DNA from: a virus
Lineage: Duplodnaviria > Caudoviricetes
Virus record (IMG/VR): IMGVR_UViG_3300014169_000010
Location: 1 to 48,471 of that record
Direction: 5' to 3' (one strand)
DNA: 48,471 nt
Each line of letters begins with the position of its first letter. The stretch's first letter is position 1. Of this stretch, positions 1 through 7,658 are shown piece after piece. The position numbers were made by a program, and so were the translations under genes. Under the pieces are notes generated by a model. The model saw only the letters and a program-made list of their open reading frames with translations, did not search any database and was not told where the DNA came from.

Positions 1-168
1 ATGTTCGCTCACCAGTTGAATCAGCGCCAGTTTCTTTTCGTCAAGCTTTGCCTGGGCATCGCGCTGCGCCAGCACCGCAGTAAACACTTCATCCTTGAGC
101 TTGGTGAACTCCTCGGAGAGCGTATCCACTTCCGCCGGCATGGGCGCTTTCATTTTTTCGGAAGTCAT
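1..168 (-). CDS. Hypothetical coiled-coil protein, cut by the window edge
   Basis: Hand-translated MTSEKMKAPMPAEVDTLSEEFTKLKDEV...; GAGGAG RBS; ATGA overlap with the stop of the 165-521 gene. Confidence 0.6.
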   Translation of the reverse strand, partial: MTSEKMKAPMPAEVDTLSEEFTKLKDEVFTAVLAQRDAQAKLDEKKLALIQLVSEH

Positions 169-521
169 TGTTTGCTCCTCACTTCGATGTGGCCGCAGTC
201 GCGCGCGAATTCCACCTGGACTCCAGCCAACTTGGCTTCGCTCATTTTCGGCTGCCCATCATCGTCAAGGGGAGCTTCGAGTTTCAGAGCCTCGGATTTA
301 TGGACCGCCTTGATGCACATGGCGTCCCACACCATGACCGTGTACTGCCGCGGGATGCACTTCCATCCGCCGCGAATATCGGCGACCGCGCATTCGTCGC
401 TATGGCATTCGCCGTTCTCCACGCAAGACTGAACGGTCTGGGCCCGGCCGCGAGCGCCGACAAGCGCCATGCCGAGGAGGAGCGCGAACGCGAGGACAGT
501 GAGAATACGAACGGGCATCAT
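165..521 (-). CDS. Small secreted Cys-rich hypothetical protein
   Basis: Signal-peptide-like N-terminus (RILTVLAFALLLGMALVGARGRAQ), 6 Cys; overlaps both neighbours. Confidence 0.65.
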   Translation of the reverse strand: MMPVRILTVLAFALLLGMALVGARGRAQTVQSCVENGECHSDECAVADIRGGWKCIPRQYTVMVWDAMCIKAVHKSEALKLEAPLDDDGQPKMSEAKLAGVQVEFARDCGHIEVRSKQ

Positions 522-916
522 GGCGCCGGTTTGCTCCGGATTTCCAGCGTGTGGATGTAGGGAATCCCGTTATACAAAATGGGGTCAAAGAGCACGACAT
601 CCGATTGCGTCTCGGGAATAAACATCCCGAATACCTGCTCGGTGGTGCCGTTCGCGTCGGTCATTAAGCCAATCTGCGGGATGACGACTTCTTTTTTGTC
701 CGGCAGGAAGTATGCCGGCTGGTCGCACTTATCCCACCCGCCGGTCACGCAGCGCGTATGGATCTCGAGCCATTCGCCCTGCAACACGTTGATGGTGACC
801 TGAGACGGTCCCCACGAATCCCATTCTGTGAAGTGAATCTGATTGGACGGCGGCGGCGCGCTCTGTGCGATGGCGCCCATTGCGAAAAGCAGAAGGCAGG
901 GCCACAGGCGTTTCAT
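518..916 (-). CDS. Secreted hypothetical protein, probably on a leaderless mRNA
   Basis: MKRLWPCLLLFAMGAIAQ signal peptide; ATG at 916 lies 7 nt after a TATTAT -10 box. Confidence 0.65.
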   Translation of the reverse strand: MKRLWPCLLLFAMGAIAQSAPPPSNQIHFTEWDSWGPSQVTINVLQGEWLEIHTRCVTGGWDKCDQPAYFLPDKKEVVIPQIGLMTDANGTTEQVFGMFIPETQSDVVLFDPILYNGIPYIHTLEIRSKPAP

Positions 917-918
917 GC

Positions 919-952
919 GCGGCATAATAGGCCCGTACGCAAAAAACGCCAA
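919..952 (-). promoter_or_regulatory. Sigma70-type promoter, copy A of a shared 21-bp element
   Basis: TTGGCG-N17-TATTAT on the minus strand; 919-939 is identical to 17910-17930. Confidence 0.65.
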
Positions 953-997
953 GTGACTGTCAATATACTGACAGCCACCTGGCGCTTGTTAATATCT

Positions 998-1180
998 TTA
1001 CACGAACGGGTTTGGCGACTCGCTTTCGCAATAATCGATGATCGCCTGCAAGTTGGGTTGAATGTCCTGCTGCCAGATGGCATACAGGTAATATTCGCCG
1101 ATACGGTTGATGTCGCCCCGGACCTCTTCCGTCCCACAGTCCGCCATCAACTCGGCGTACCATTGTGGAAAGGTAATCAT
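998..1180 (-). CDS. Small hypothetical protein
   Basis: 60 aa ORF in the operon direction; TAGCAT -10-like box 6 nt upstream of the ATG. Confidence 0.5.
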   Translation of the reverse strand: MITFPQWYAELMADCGTEEVRGDINRIGEYYLYAIWQQDIQPNLQAIIDYCESESPNPFV

Positions 1181-1245
1181 TCCACAATGCTATTCCCGCG
1201 CTTGCACGGCTTTCTGAGCAGAAACGCTCACTGTAAGGTAAAACT

Positions 1246-1584
1246 TTACAGCTTGCCGGCGGCGTTTTTCAGCGCATCCGCAGCCGATTTGACCTTGGCG
1301 ATGAGCGTCTGGTCGAGGCTCACGCTCAGTCCATTTTCGCTGGCCGCAGGACCGGCGGCTTCGACCGCATCGGCCACGGCTTCCAGCACGTCAAGCGCTG
1401 CCTGCTCGACGGCAGCGGAGCCGGGGAACGCGAGATTGACGATCGCTTCCACTTCCGGCGCGTCCTTTTCGACATCCTGCACGATGGTGGGCGCCTGCGC
1501 GGCGACTTTCAGCACGTCCGCCTTAAAAGCCTTCGCGGCATTGACCAGCTTTGTGGCCAGCCCTTTGAAACTGAAATTGCTCAT
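1246..1584 (-). CDS. Hypothetical Ala-rich helical protein in the lysis region
   Basis: AAGGAG RBS, ATGA coupling with the upstream gene, amphipathic helices. Confidence 0.7.
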   Translation of the reverse strand: MSNFSFKGLATKLVNAAKAFKADVLKVAAQAPTIVQDVEKDAPEVEAIVNLAFPGSAAVEQAALDVLEAVADAVEAAGPAASENGLSVSLDQTLIAKVKSAADALKNAAGKL

Positions 1585-1898
1585 GATTTTTTCTCCTTAG
1601 ATTCGGACTCGAATCGGCTTAGATTGTTGGGGTCGAGGAGATCCCTGGGCACAGTCAGCGTGAGGAACCCCGGTTTAAGTTGGTCTTTGAGCGCGAGATA
1701 CATCACGGTGGCCGCGTCTTTTAATGCCTGCCCTTCGCCCGTCCAGTCGGCCCATTTCGCCGCGCCGCTGCGCCACATGCCGGTAATCGCCGCGGACACT
1801 GAGGCGGAAACCAGCGCATCGGCAACCTCGCGCTCGAGCCCGGCATTCTTCGCCGACTCGAACATCGAGACAGGATCGGGAATTTCGAACAATCCCAT
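1581..1898 (-). CDS. Hypothetical protein in the lysis region
   Basis: Tightly packed ORF between the holin candidate and the next gene. Confidence 0.65.
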   Translation of the reverse strand: MGLFEIPDPVSMFESAKNAGLEREVADALVSASVSAAITGMWRSGAAKWADWTGEGQALKDAATVMYLALKDQLKPGFLTLTVPRDLLDPNNLSRFESESKEKKS

Positions 1899-1901
1899 CG
1901 G

Positions 1902-2060
1902 TTAGGCCCAGGGACTCTTCGACAGGATGCCCAGCACTGCAGTGGCGCCGGCGGCATACTTCGAACTCGGACATTGCGAGACGTAAAGTGTCAGTCCGGC
2001 GATGACCAACCCGGCGATGGTTGTAGAGGGGTGCTGCCAGAAGTTCTTGAAAATGGACAT
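1902..2060 (-). CDS. Putative holin (52 aa, two hydrophobic segments)
   Basis: Not in the ORF track; hand-translated MSIFKNFWQHPSTTIAGLVIAGLTLYVSQCPSSKYAAGATAVLGILSKSPWA; GGAG RBS; directly after the endolysin. Confidence 0.55.
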   Translation of the reverse strand: MSIFKNFWQHPSTTIAGLVIAGLTLYVSQCPSSKYAAGATAVLGILSKSPWA

Positions 2061-2093
2061 GGATATTGCTCCGGTTGAATTCCCACCACGGGA

Positions 2094-2229
2094 AACTAGG
2101 AATGTAGGAAGCGTAGGAAGTGTAAGAAGTGTTACACCTAAGGTACCTAAGGTGCCTTAGGTGCAGCCGGTGCAGATGCGGCCGATGGTGCAGATGAACC
2201 TTTGGTACCCTTTGGTACCAATTGGTACT
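2094..2229. repeat. Degenerate ~9-bp tandem repeat tract over the endolysin 3' end and the intergenic gap
   Basis: aagcgtagg/aagtgtaag, cctaaggta/cctaaggtg/ccttaggtg and (c)tttggtac units. Confidence 0.6.
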
Positions 2230-2662
2230 CGCGGTAAATCGCCAGCACCTTGTCCGCGCGCTTCGGGTCGGTTGCCCAACTCGCCGAGACTTCCCGTATA
2301 TACGTTTCCGCATCCTTCGCGGTGACGGCGGCGTGATAATGCGGCAGGAACGGCGCCAGAGTGAACAGCGTTTTCATGCGGTCGAAGAAGCACAGCGCCC
2401 ATCCGGGATAATGCACCCAGAGCGCGACGACCGTAATCCATTCGCCGTTCTCAAATTCCTTGGTGGGCAGCGCATGCGTCCCGTATTCGGCATGGCGGTG
2501 CTGCTTCATGCCGAAGAGATTGTTGTCCTCGCGGGCCAACTGCGAGAGCCCAAAGCCCGATTCCAGCGCGGCTTCGCAAGCCGCCATCTGCGGAAAGATG
2601 TGGCGCGCGTTGTCAGCGGCCATCGCCGCCTTATCGAGAAATGCGATCTGTTGCGGTGTCAT
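2147..2662 (-). CDS. Endolysin, glucosaminidase (GH73/FlgJ-like)
   Basis: AALESGFG catalytic Glu, NNLFGMK and WATDP motifs; follows the tail genes. Confidence 0.9.
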   Translation of the reverse strand: MTPQQIAFLDKAAMAADNARHIFPQMAACEAALESGFGLSQLAREDNNLFGMKQHRHAEYGTHALPTKEFENGEWITVVALWVHYPGWALCFFDRMKTLFTLAPFLPHYHAAVTAKDAETYIREVSASWATDPKRADKVLAIYREYQLVPKGTKGSSAPSAASAPAAPKAP

Positions 2663-2665
2663 GTT

Positions 2666-4822
2666 TTAATACACTCCCAGAGTTCCGTACTGCGAATATT
2701 CGCCTATGTCGAAGTCCCACACATCTGTGTTGGTTTCGCGCAGGATCAGGTCCACACCCAAAGTCGGAGAATCGCCATCGTGAGTCAAAACCAGCGTGAC
2801 GCTGGTGACCAGAAAAGTTGTGGGCGGCGCCGGCGAAAGTCCATTCCACCGGTCATGGATGAAAGTCACCGTGTCCCCGGCGCGCACCCGATATGCACTC
2901 AATTTGCAAGCCAAATGCAAGGTGACCTGGTGCCGGATGGTTTGCAGAATAATCTTCGCCAACCGCTGCGCGGTCCACAGCGAACTGGTAAAACTGAGGC
3001 GGACGTCCTTCCAGATAATCTGGCCGCCGTCATCTTGGATCCAGTTGGGATGCCCTTGCAGCCCGTTCCCCTGGTACGGCGGGAAGTCGGTCGATCGCCA
3101 TGTGCCGGGCTGCGCTTCCGTGGTGTTCGTCGGAATGTAGCTGGGCATGAACTGGCCGCGGACGCCGTTGCAGGTGTCGCGCCGCGAAAGCCGGAAGTCG
3201 CCCTTAATGGGCCCACGCAGGTCCGCATCGGTAAGCGTCGTCGAAGGCGCGTTGTACGAACCCGCTTGCAAATGCCATTCATCGCCTGGCGGCACAATCG
3301 TTCCCGCCATGGACGCGACCAGCGCTTTCAGCACTTCCACGCGCTCCGTGCCGTAATCGAAGATCCCATTGCAGCTATAGAGATATTCCTTGATCGGCTG
3401 GCCGTTGGCGGCGATGCAGACCGTCACCGTCTCATCGCAGATGTTCGCGGCCGCGTTCACTGAGTCAATGTCAATATCGTCGGGGTCCACGCCCATGCCG
3501 TATTCCTGCGTCGGCGACGTCAGCCAGTCATAAACGCAGAGCGCATTATTTGAAGGATTCGCCGCGGCTCCGTAGGTTGTGGGCGCGCCCAGGCAGAGCC
3601 ATGTAAACCGGCGCCCGACGGGCATGCCCTTGATGATGAAGTATTCGCCGTCTCCCGTTTCCTGCCCCGGCTGTCCCCAGGTCGGCTCGGTGCCCTGCGT
3701 GATCAGCGGTATGCCATCGTCGCTTCCCGGATTCAGCAACATCTGCAGGTTGCCGTTCGGATCGGTAAAGACGTAGGGATAGGTGACGCCGCGATTGGGC
3801 CCAGGCCATCCGCCGCCGATAATGGGCCCGGCGTCGAGCCAACTGCATTGATTGTCTTGTTGGGCGTCTCCGGGCTCGGCCCACGCGGGAATTGAGTTTC
3901 CGGTAATTCCGCTGGGCTGCGTCATCTGGGCTTCCACGCGGGAGTTGCCATCCATCACAAATTGGGCGAAGGCGAATTTTGTGTTTTTCAGCCAGGTCCC
4001 GTCAGGAGTGTTCGAGCCTCCGCTGACTCGCGTATCCACGATCGGCTTGCCGACCAGCGGGAAACGGAAGTTGGGAACGCGGCCGGATACAAAGACTGGC
4101 TCCGACGTTTGCAGGGTGTACGGGTAAGGTCCGTTGGAGTTGCCGACTTCGCTGCCATCGGCGCCGCAGTCGTACTTCATGGCGACGTGAACTTTGGCGC
4201 AGCCGCGCTGCACCGAGACGCCGGGATTCCAGTCCGGGCAGGCGGCGGAAAGATTAGGGAAGGCTGTCGTCGCGCCGGGATTGCCGGTATCAAACTCGAA
4301 GAGAATGTGCGGCCCGTCATTGCCGCCGTAAGGCCAGATGTTATTGTCCGGCGCGTAGTAGCCGCTGCCGATGTCCTCCAGTGTGGTCAGTACGTTGTCG
4401 ATGACGACGCACATCTTGCCGCCCTTGCCGAAGGCCGTAATCTGGTGCGCTGCGACGGTATAGACCTGGTGCCGCCAGTTCGCCTGCGGCCCCTGATTTT
4501 GATAATTCCCGCTCCCCGACGGGGCGCTGTCATAGGTGAGCACGCCTCCAACTTCGACAATGCCATAGCAGACGCGCCGGTAGGCCGCCGAGTTCTGCAG
4601 GTTCGCCTGGCTGCCGGCGACGGCCGTGTCCTGCGGCGTAAGGATGGTTTGCAGCAGCCCGAAAGTGCCGGAGAGTCCCACGCCCACCCCGAGGCTGGCC
4701 ATGGTCGAGAGTTCGCCCGCAGTGATGCCCCACACCGCGGGCAGCGTGATCGCGCCAAAGCCCGTGGCGGCGAGCAAAGCGCCGCCGGCAATTTCACCGA
4801 CTTCGAAGGCAGTTTTAGACAT
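2666..4822 (-). CDS. Tail tip / central hub protein (lambda J-like)
   Basis: RRVCYG..VGG, NNALCVYDWL...YGMG, AANICDE.V, YSCNG, NGVRGQF and AQRLAKI.L pattern of siphovirus tip proteins. Confidence 0.85.
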   Translation of the reverse strand: MSKTAFEVGEIAGGALLAATGFGAITLPAVWGITAGELSTMASLGVGVGLSGTFGLLQTILTPQDTAVAGSQANLQNSAAYRRVCYGIVEVGGVLTYDSAPSGSGNYQNQGPQANWRHQVYTVAAHQITAFGKGGKMCVVIDNVLTTLEDIGSGYYAPDNNIWPYGGNDGPHILFEFDTGNPGATTAFPNLSAACPDWNPGVSVQRGCAKVHVAMKYDCGADGSEVGNSNGPYPYTLQTSEPVFVSGRVPNFRFPLVGKPIVDTRVSGGSNTPDGTWLKNTKFAFAQFVMDGNSRVEAQMTQPSGITGNSIPAWAEPGDAQQDNQCSWLDAGPIIGGGWPGPNRGVTYPYVFTDPNGNLQMLLNPGSDDGIPLITQGTEPTWGQPGQETGDGEYFIIKGMPVGRRFTWLCLGAPTTYGAAANPSNNALCVYDWLTSPTQEYGMGVDPDDIDIDSVNAAANICDETVTVCIAANGQPIKEYLYSCNGIFDYGTERVEVLKALVASMAGTIVPPGDEWHLQAGSYNAPSTTLTDADLRGPIKGDFRLSRRDTCNGVRGQFMPSYIPTNTTEAQPGTWRSTDFPPYQGNGLQGHPNWIQDDGGQIIWKDVRLSFTSSLWTAQRLAKIILQTIRHQVTLHLACKLSAYRVRAGDTVTFIHDRWNGLSPAPPTTFLVTSVTLVLTHDGDSPTLGVDLILRETNTDVWDFDIGEYSQYGTLGVY

Positions 4823-4855
4823 GAACAGGTGTGAGAAGTATTAGAAGTGTGACTC

Positions 4856-5275
4856 TTAACCGACCAGCCACGCGCGTTTCCAGCGCTTCATGGTCAGCCG
4901 CGCCATCCCCTTGTCACTGGCGGCCCAGGCGAAGCGGCCGCTGAGATCGACGAATCCGAGCGCTCCGCTGGGCGTGCCGTTGTCGGCCAGAACGATGTCG
5001 CCGCGCCGTCCGAAGGTGGGACGCACTTCTTTGGCGCCGATGGTTTGCGCGATCGAGGCCGCGAAGTTGCCCAGGCTCGCGCCGAAAAGCGCTTGCGCCT
5101 GCGCTTCGGTCGAATACTTTCCCCGCACCGATGCGGCGGGATCCTCGCCGGTGATGGCTTGCGCGGCGCCGCAGGCCGCCAGCGCGCAATCGAATGTGCC
5201 CCAGGCGAATTTCTGCTTCTGCGCCGAGGCCGTGTAAGCCGCCAGCCGCGCTTCCCAATCGGGGAACCGTTTCAC
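4856..5275 (-). CDS. Tail-associated NlpC/P60-like protein (DUF6950-like)
   Basis: R.PDWE.RL..Y...FAWG..DC and RRGDI motifs; GTG start at 5275 overlaps the upstream TGA. Confidence 0.8.
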   Translation of the reverse strand: MKRFPDWEARLAAYTASAQKQKFAWGTFDCALAACGAAQAITGEDPAASVRGKYSTEAQAQALFGASLGNFAASIAQTIGAKEVRPTFGRRGDIVLADNGTPSGALGFVDLSGRFAWAASDKGMARLTMKRWKRAWLVG

Positions 5276-6234
5276 TCCGTCACCTGAATGGTCACCGAGG
5301 CTGTCACAGTGTTCGAAGGTTTGTTGGCGCCGCCGCCGAGGAACACACTTTGCGAAAAGCGTTTGGTGATGACGCAAAAGCCCTGGGCCACGCCGGTTAC
5401 CAGTCCGTTGCCGTCCACGGTCGCAATGCTGGGGTCGCTCGAATAAACAATGCCGCCCCAATTATCCCCGTTGCCGTTTCCCGTCCCCATGACGATGACC
5501 ATGGCGCCGTCAGTGCGTTCTTCCGTGGCCGTCAATTGCACAGTCTGACCGGTGCGCACCGGGACCGGTTGGGTCTGCCCTGGCTGGATGGTGAGTGTGA
5601 GTGGCGGCGGCGTGGTATCTGTCCCGCCATTCTGCGGCACCGGGCTCGGCCATGTGACCAGATAGTCCTGCAAGAGTTGCACTTGCGCGAACCCCGTATC
5701 GCCGGGATAAATGAATTGCTGGTCAATGTCCGTATACAGGCGTTCCGGCGCACGGTGCAGGTCAATCAGCGGATTTTCCACGGTGATCGAGATGGTGCAG
5801 GTTTCGGCGCCTTCGGTAATCGTCGGCACGTCGCAGCTTCCCTGATAAATCTGAATAGGGTCGGCGAGCAGATTGTTGGATTCGTCGAAGAAGCCGAGCC
5901 ACAACGTCGCGGCGGAATCCTGGCGGACGCTGCTGATCGCATCCGTCACCAGCTCCACGGGAATGCCGGCCAACACCAGCGTAAGGTTTTGGGCAACCGC
6001 GTCCGCAACTTCGGGAACGGCTTCAATCTTTCCCATCCACCCCGCACCCTGAAATGTCTGCTGATAGGGGAACGCCGAGGACGGGTCGTAAGCTGGCCCT
6101 GGCGGCGTGACGCTGCCATAGCCGCCCCACATGAGCACGACGTCCGTCAGGAAATTGATTTGCAGAAAGAGCGCAGGCCGCACCGCACCCGAGGTCATGG
6201 CGGCCAGCACCGCGGGACTGGCGTTTCTAGGCAT
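5272..6234 (-). CDS. Minor tail protein (hub, lambda L-like) with a C-terminal Ig-like Big_2 domain
   Basis: YTD.DQQ..YPGD.GF motif; C-terminal YSSDPSIATVDGNGLVTGVAQG. Confidence 0.8.
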   Translation of the reverse strand: MPRNASPAVLAAMTSGAVRPALFLQINFLTDVVLMWGGYGSVTPPGPAYDPSSAFPYQQTFQGAGWMGKIEAVPEVADAVAQNLTLVLAGIPVELVTDAISSVRQDSAATLWLGFFDESNNLLADPIQIYQGSCDVPTITEGAETCTISITVENPLIDLHRAPERLYTDIDQQFIYPGDTGFAQVQLLQDYLVTWPSPVPQNGGTDTTPPPLTLTIQPGQTQPVPVRTGQTVQLTATEERTDGAMVIVMGTGNGNGDNWGGIVYSSDPSIATVDGNGLVTGVAQGFCVITKRFSQSVFLGGGANKPSNTVTASVTIQVTE

Positions 6235-6403
6235 TGCCGACCTGCACGATCACGGCGCCCACTGCGTCCTTCCATGCCTCGCGCACAATGGGAGGCACCT
6301 GTGCCCACGGCCTGGCGAATGGCGGCCGTTCCCCGTCTCCGGTAAGGCGTTGCAGGAAAGCTTCGTAAGCTTTCTCGGCGAGCTCATCAAGGTTCGGCAT
6401 CAT
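6227..6403 (-). CDS. Small hypothetical protein
   Basis: 58 aa ORF overlapping both neighbours. Confidence 0.55.
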   Translation of the reverse strand: MMPNLDELAEKAYEAFLQRLTGDGERPPFARPWAQVPPIVREAWKDAVGAVIVQVGNA

Positions 6404-7380
6404 CAGATCGCCTCGCGGCACTTCATCTGGAATTTGAAAGTATTGGTTGTGCCCCGCGCCGGAGCTTCGCGCGGGTTTTCCCGCAGCCGGAAGGTTCCCA
6501 CCGGGTTGGTCACGACGAGCGGATTGCCGTTTGGCACTTCACGGATAAACGGCCAGATGTCGAGCGTGGCATTGCCGCCGCCATCGGCCGCAAGCGGCAT
6601 CTGCCCCATGTATTGATGGAGCCGGAAGGGCGAGGCCTGGTAGAGCAACCCATTGTTGCGTGGCTCATACGTCATGCCCTGATTCGGATAGCTCACCGGC
6701 GCCGAAATCAGGATGGTCACTGTGGCGCCGTTTTGTCCCGTGCCTGTGAAATAGGACGCGATGGTGACGGGGACGCCGTTCAGCCATAGGTTCCCCGGCT
6801 TCAACAGCCCATAGGTGATGACCTGTTCGTCGATCAGGGCATTCGCGGCCGTGTCCGAGAGCAATTCCGAAAGCGACAGGTAGAGCAGACCACTTTCCAC
6901 TTCCACGCCAAGCCCGACAAGCACCTGTATTCCGCCGACTTCGCTGGTGGATTGCAGAGGACAGACAGTAGCCGACGGCCCTTCGAGTTGCACATAGTCG
7001 CCAGGAAGCAGCAGGCCCGATGCGCTCGGAGTCCATCCGGCGGTGTAGAGCACGTTGCTGCGCGCCGTGTTGAAGGGCGCGGCCGCCATGGTAGGATTGC
7101 CCTGCGGCGAACCTTGCGGCTGTGCACCCCAATACGGTCCCCAGGTGAACGTCCCCCACTTGCCGTGGAGCGCGGCGACAAAAGCATCCAGCGCGGCAAA
7201 CTGCGCCCACGTCATTTCCGGCCACTCGAGGTCTAGTTCCCAATGCTGGTCCTGCCACTGCTGCAACTCCGACGAGCCGTCGAATTCGCCGATGTTCTCG
7301 CCGACCAGTTCGGTCTTTTTCAGGTTCGCGGTTGCGGCACCGAGCAGACCTGGCGGAAATGAAAGCGGGTAGTAGATCAT
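6403..7380 (-). CDS. Distal tail (Dit-like) protein with an inserted domain
   Basis: Follows the tape measure; W..DL.WP.M...AF.AAL.G..GTF, LLPGDY.QL and I.P..RE.P...P.GTFRL motifs flank an insertion of about 120 aa. Confidence 0.75.
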   Translation of the reverse strand: MIYYPLSFPPGLLGAATANLKKTELVGENIGEFDGSSELQQWQDQHWELDLEWPEMTWAQFAALDAFVAALHGKWGTFTWGPYWGAQPQGSPQGNPTMAAAPFNTARSNVLYTAGWTPSASGLLLPGDYVQLEGPSATVCPLQSTSEVGGIQVLVGLGVEVESGLLYLSLSELLSDTAANALIDEQVITYGLLKPGNLWLNGVPVTIASYFTGTGQNGATVTILISAPVSYPNQGMTYEPRNNGLLYQASPFRLHQYMGQMPLAADGGGNATLDIWPFIREVPNGNPLVVTNPVGTFRLRENPREAPARGTTNTFKFQMKCREAI

Positions 7381-7466
7381 GGGATTGGGTTTTCCACAGC
7401 CGGATGTTCGTCCGTCACAGACAGGTGCCGTTCGCCGTCATACGATGCGTTCAAAAAAGGAGTCTT

Positions 7467-7658
7467 ATGGCAACGGCTTGGCAGCGGATGCGAGATGAAT
7501 CACGGGCGGAGTATCCGCGAAGCTGGGCGCAGCAACTTAAAATCGGCGACCTCTACACCTTCTCGCTGAAATTGATTGTCGCGCTGGCGCTGGCAGCGGC
7601 GACCTTATTTATTCCCGGACTTATTCTGGTGATGAGCCTGCGGGAAATTATCGGTTAG
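7467..7658 (+). CDS. Antisense small membrane protein (moron-like)
   Basis: AAGGAG RBS, ATG at 7467, 63 aa with a C-terminal TM helix; TACGAT -10-like box at 7441. Confidence 0.65.
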   Translation: MATAWQRMRDESRAEYPRSWAQQLKIGDLYTFSLKLIVALALAAATLFIPGLILVMSLREIIG

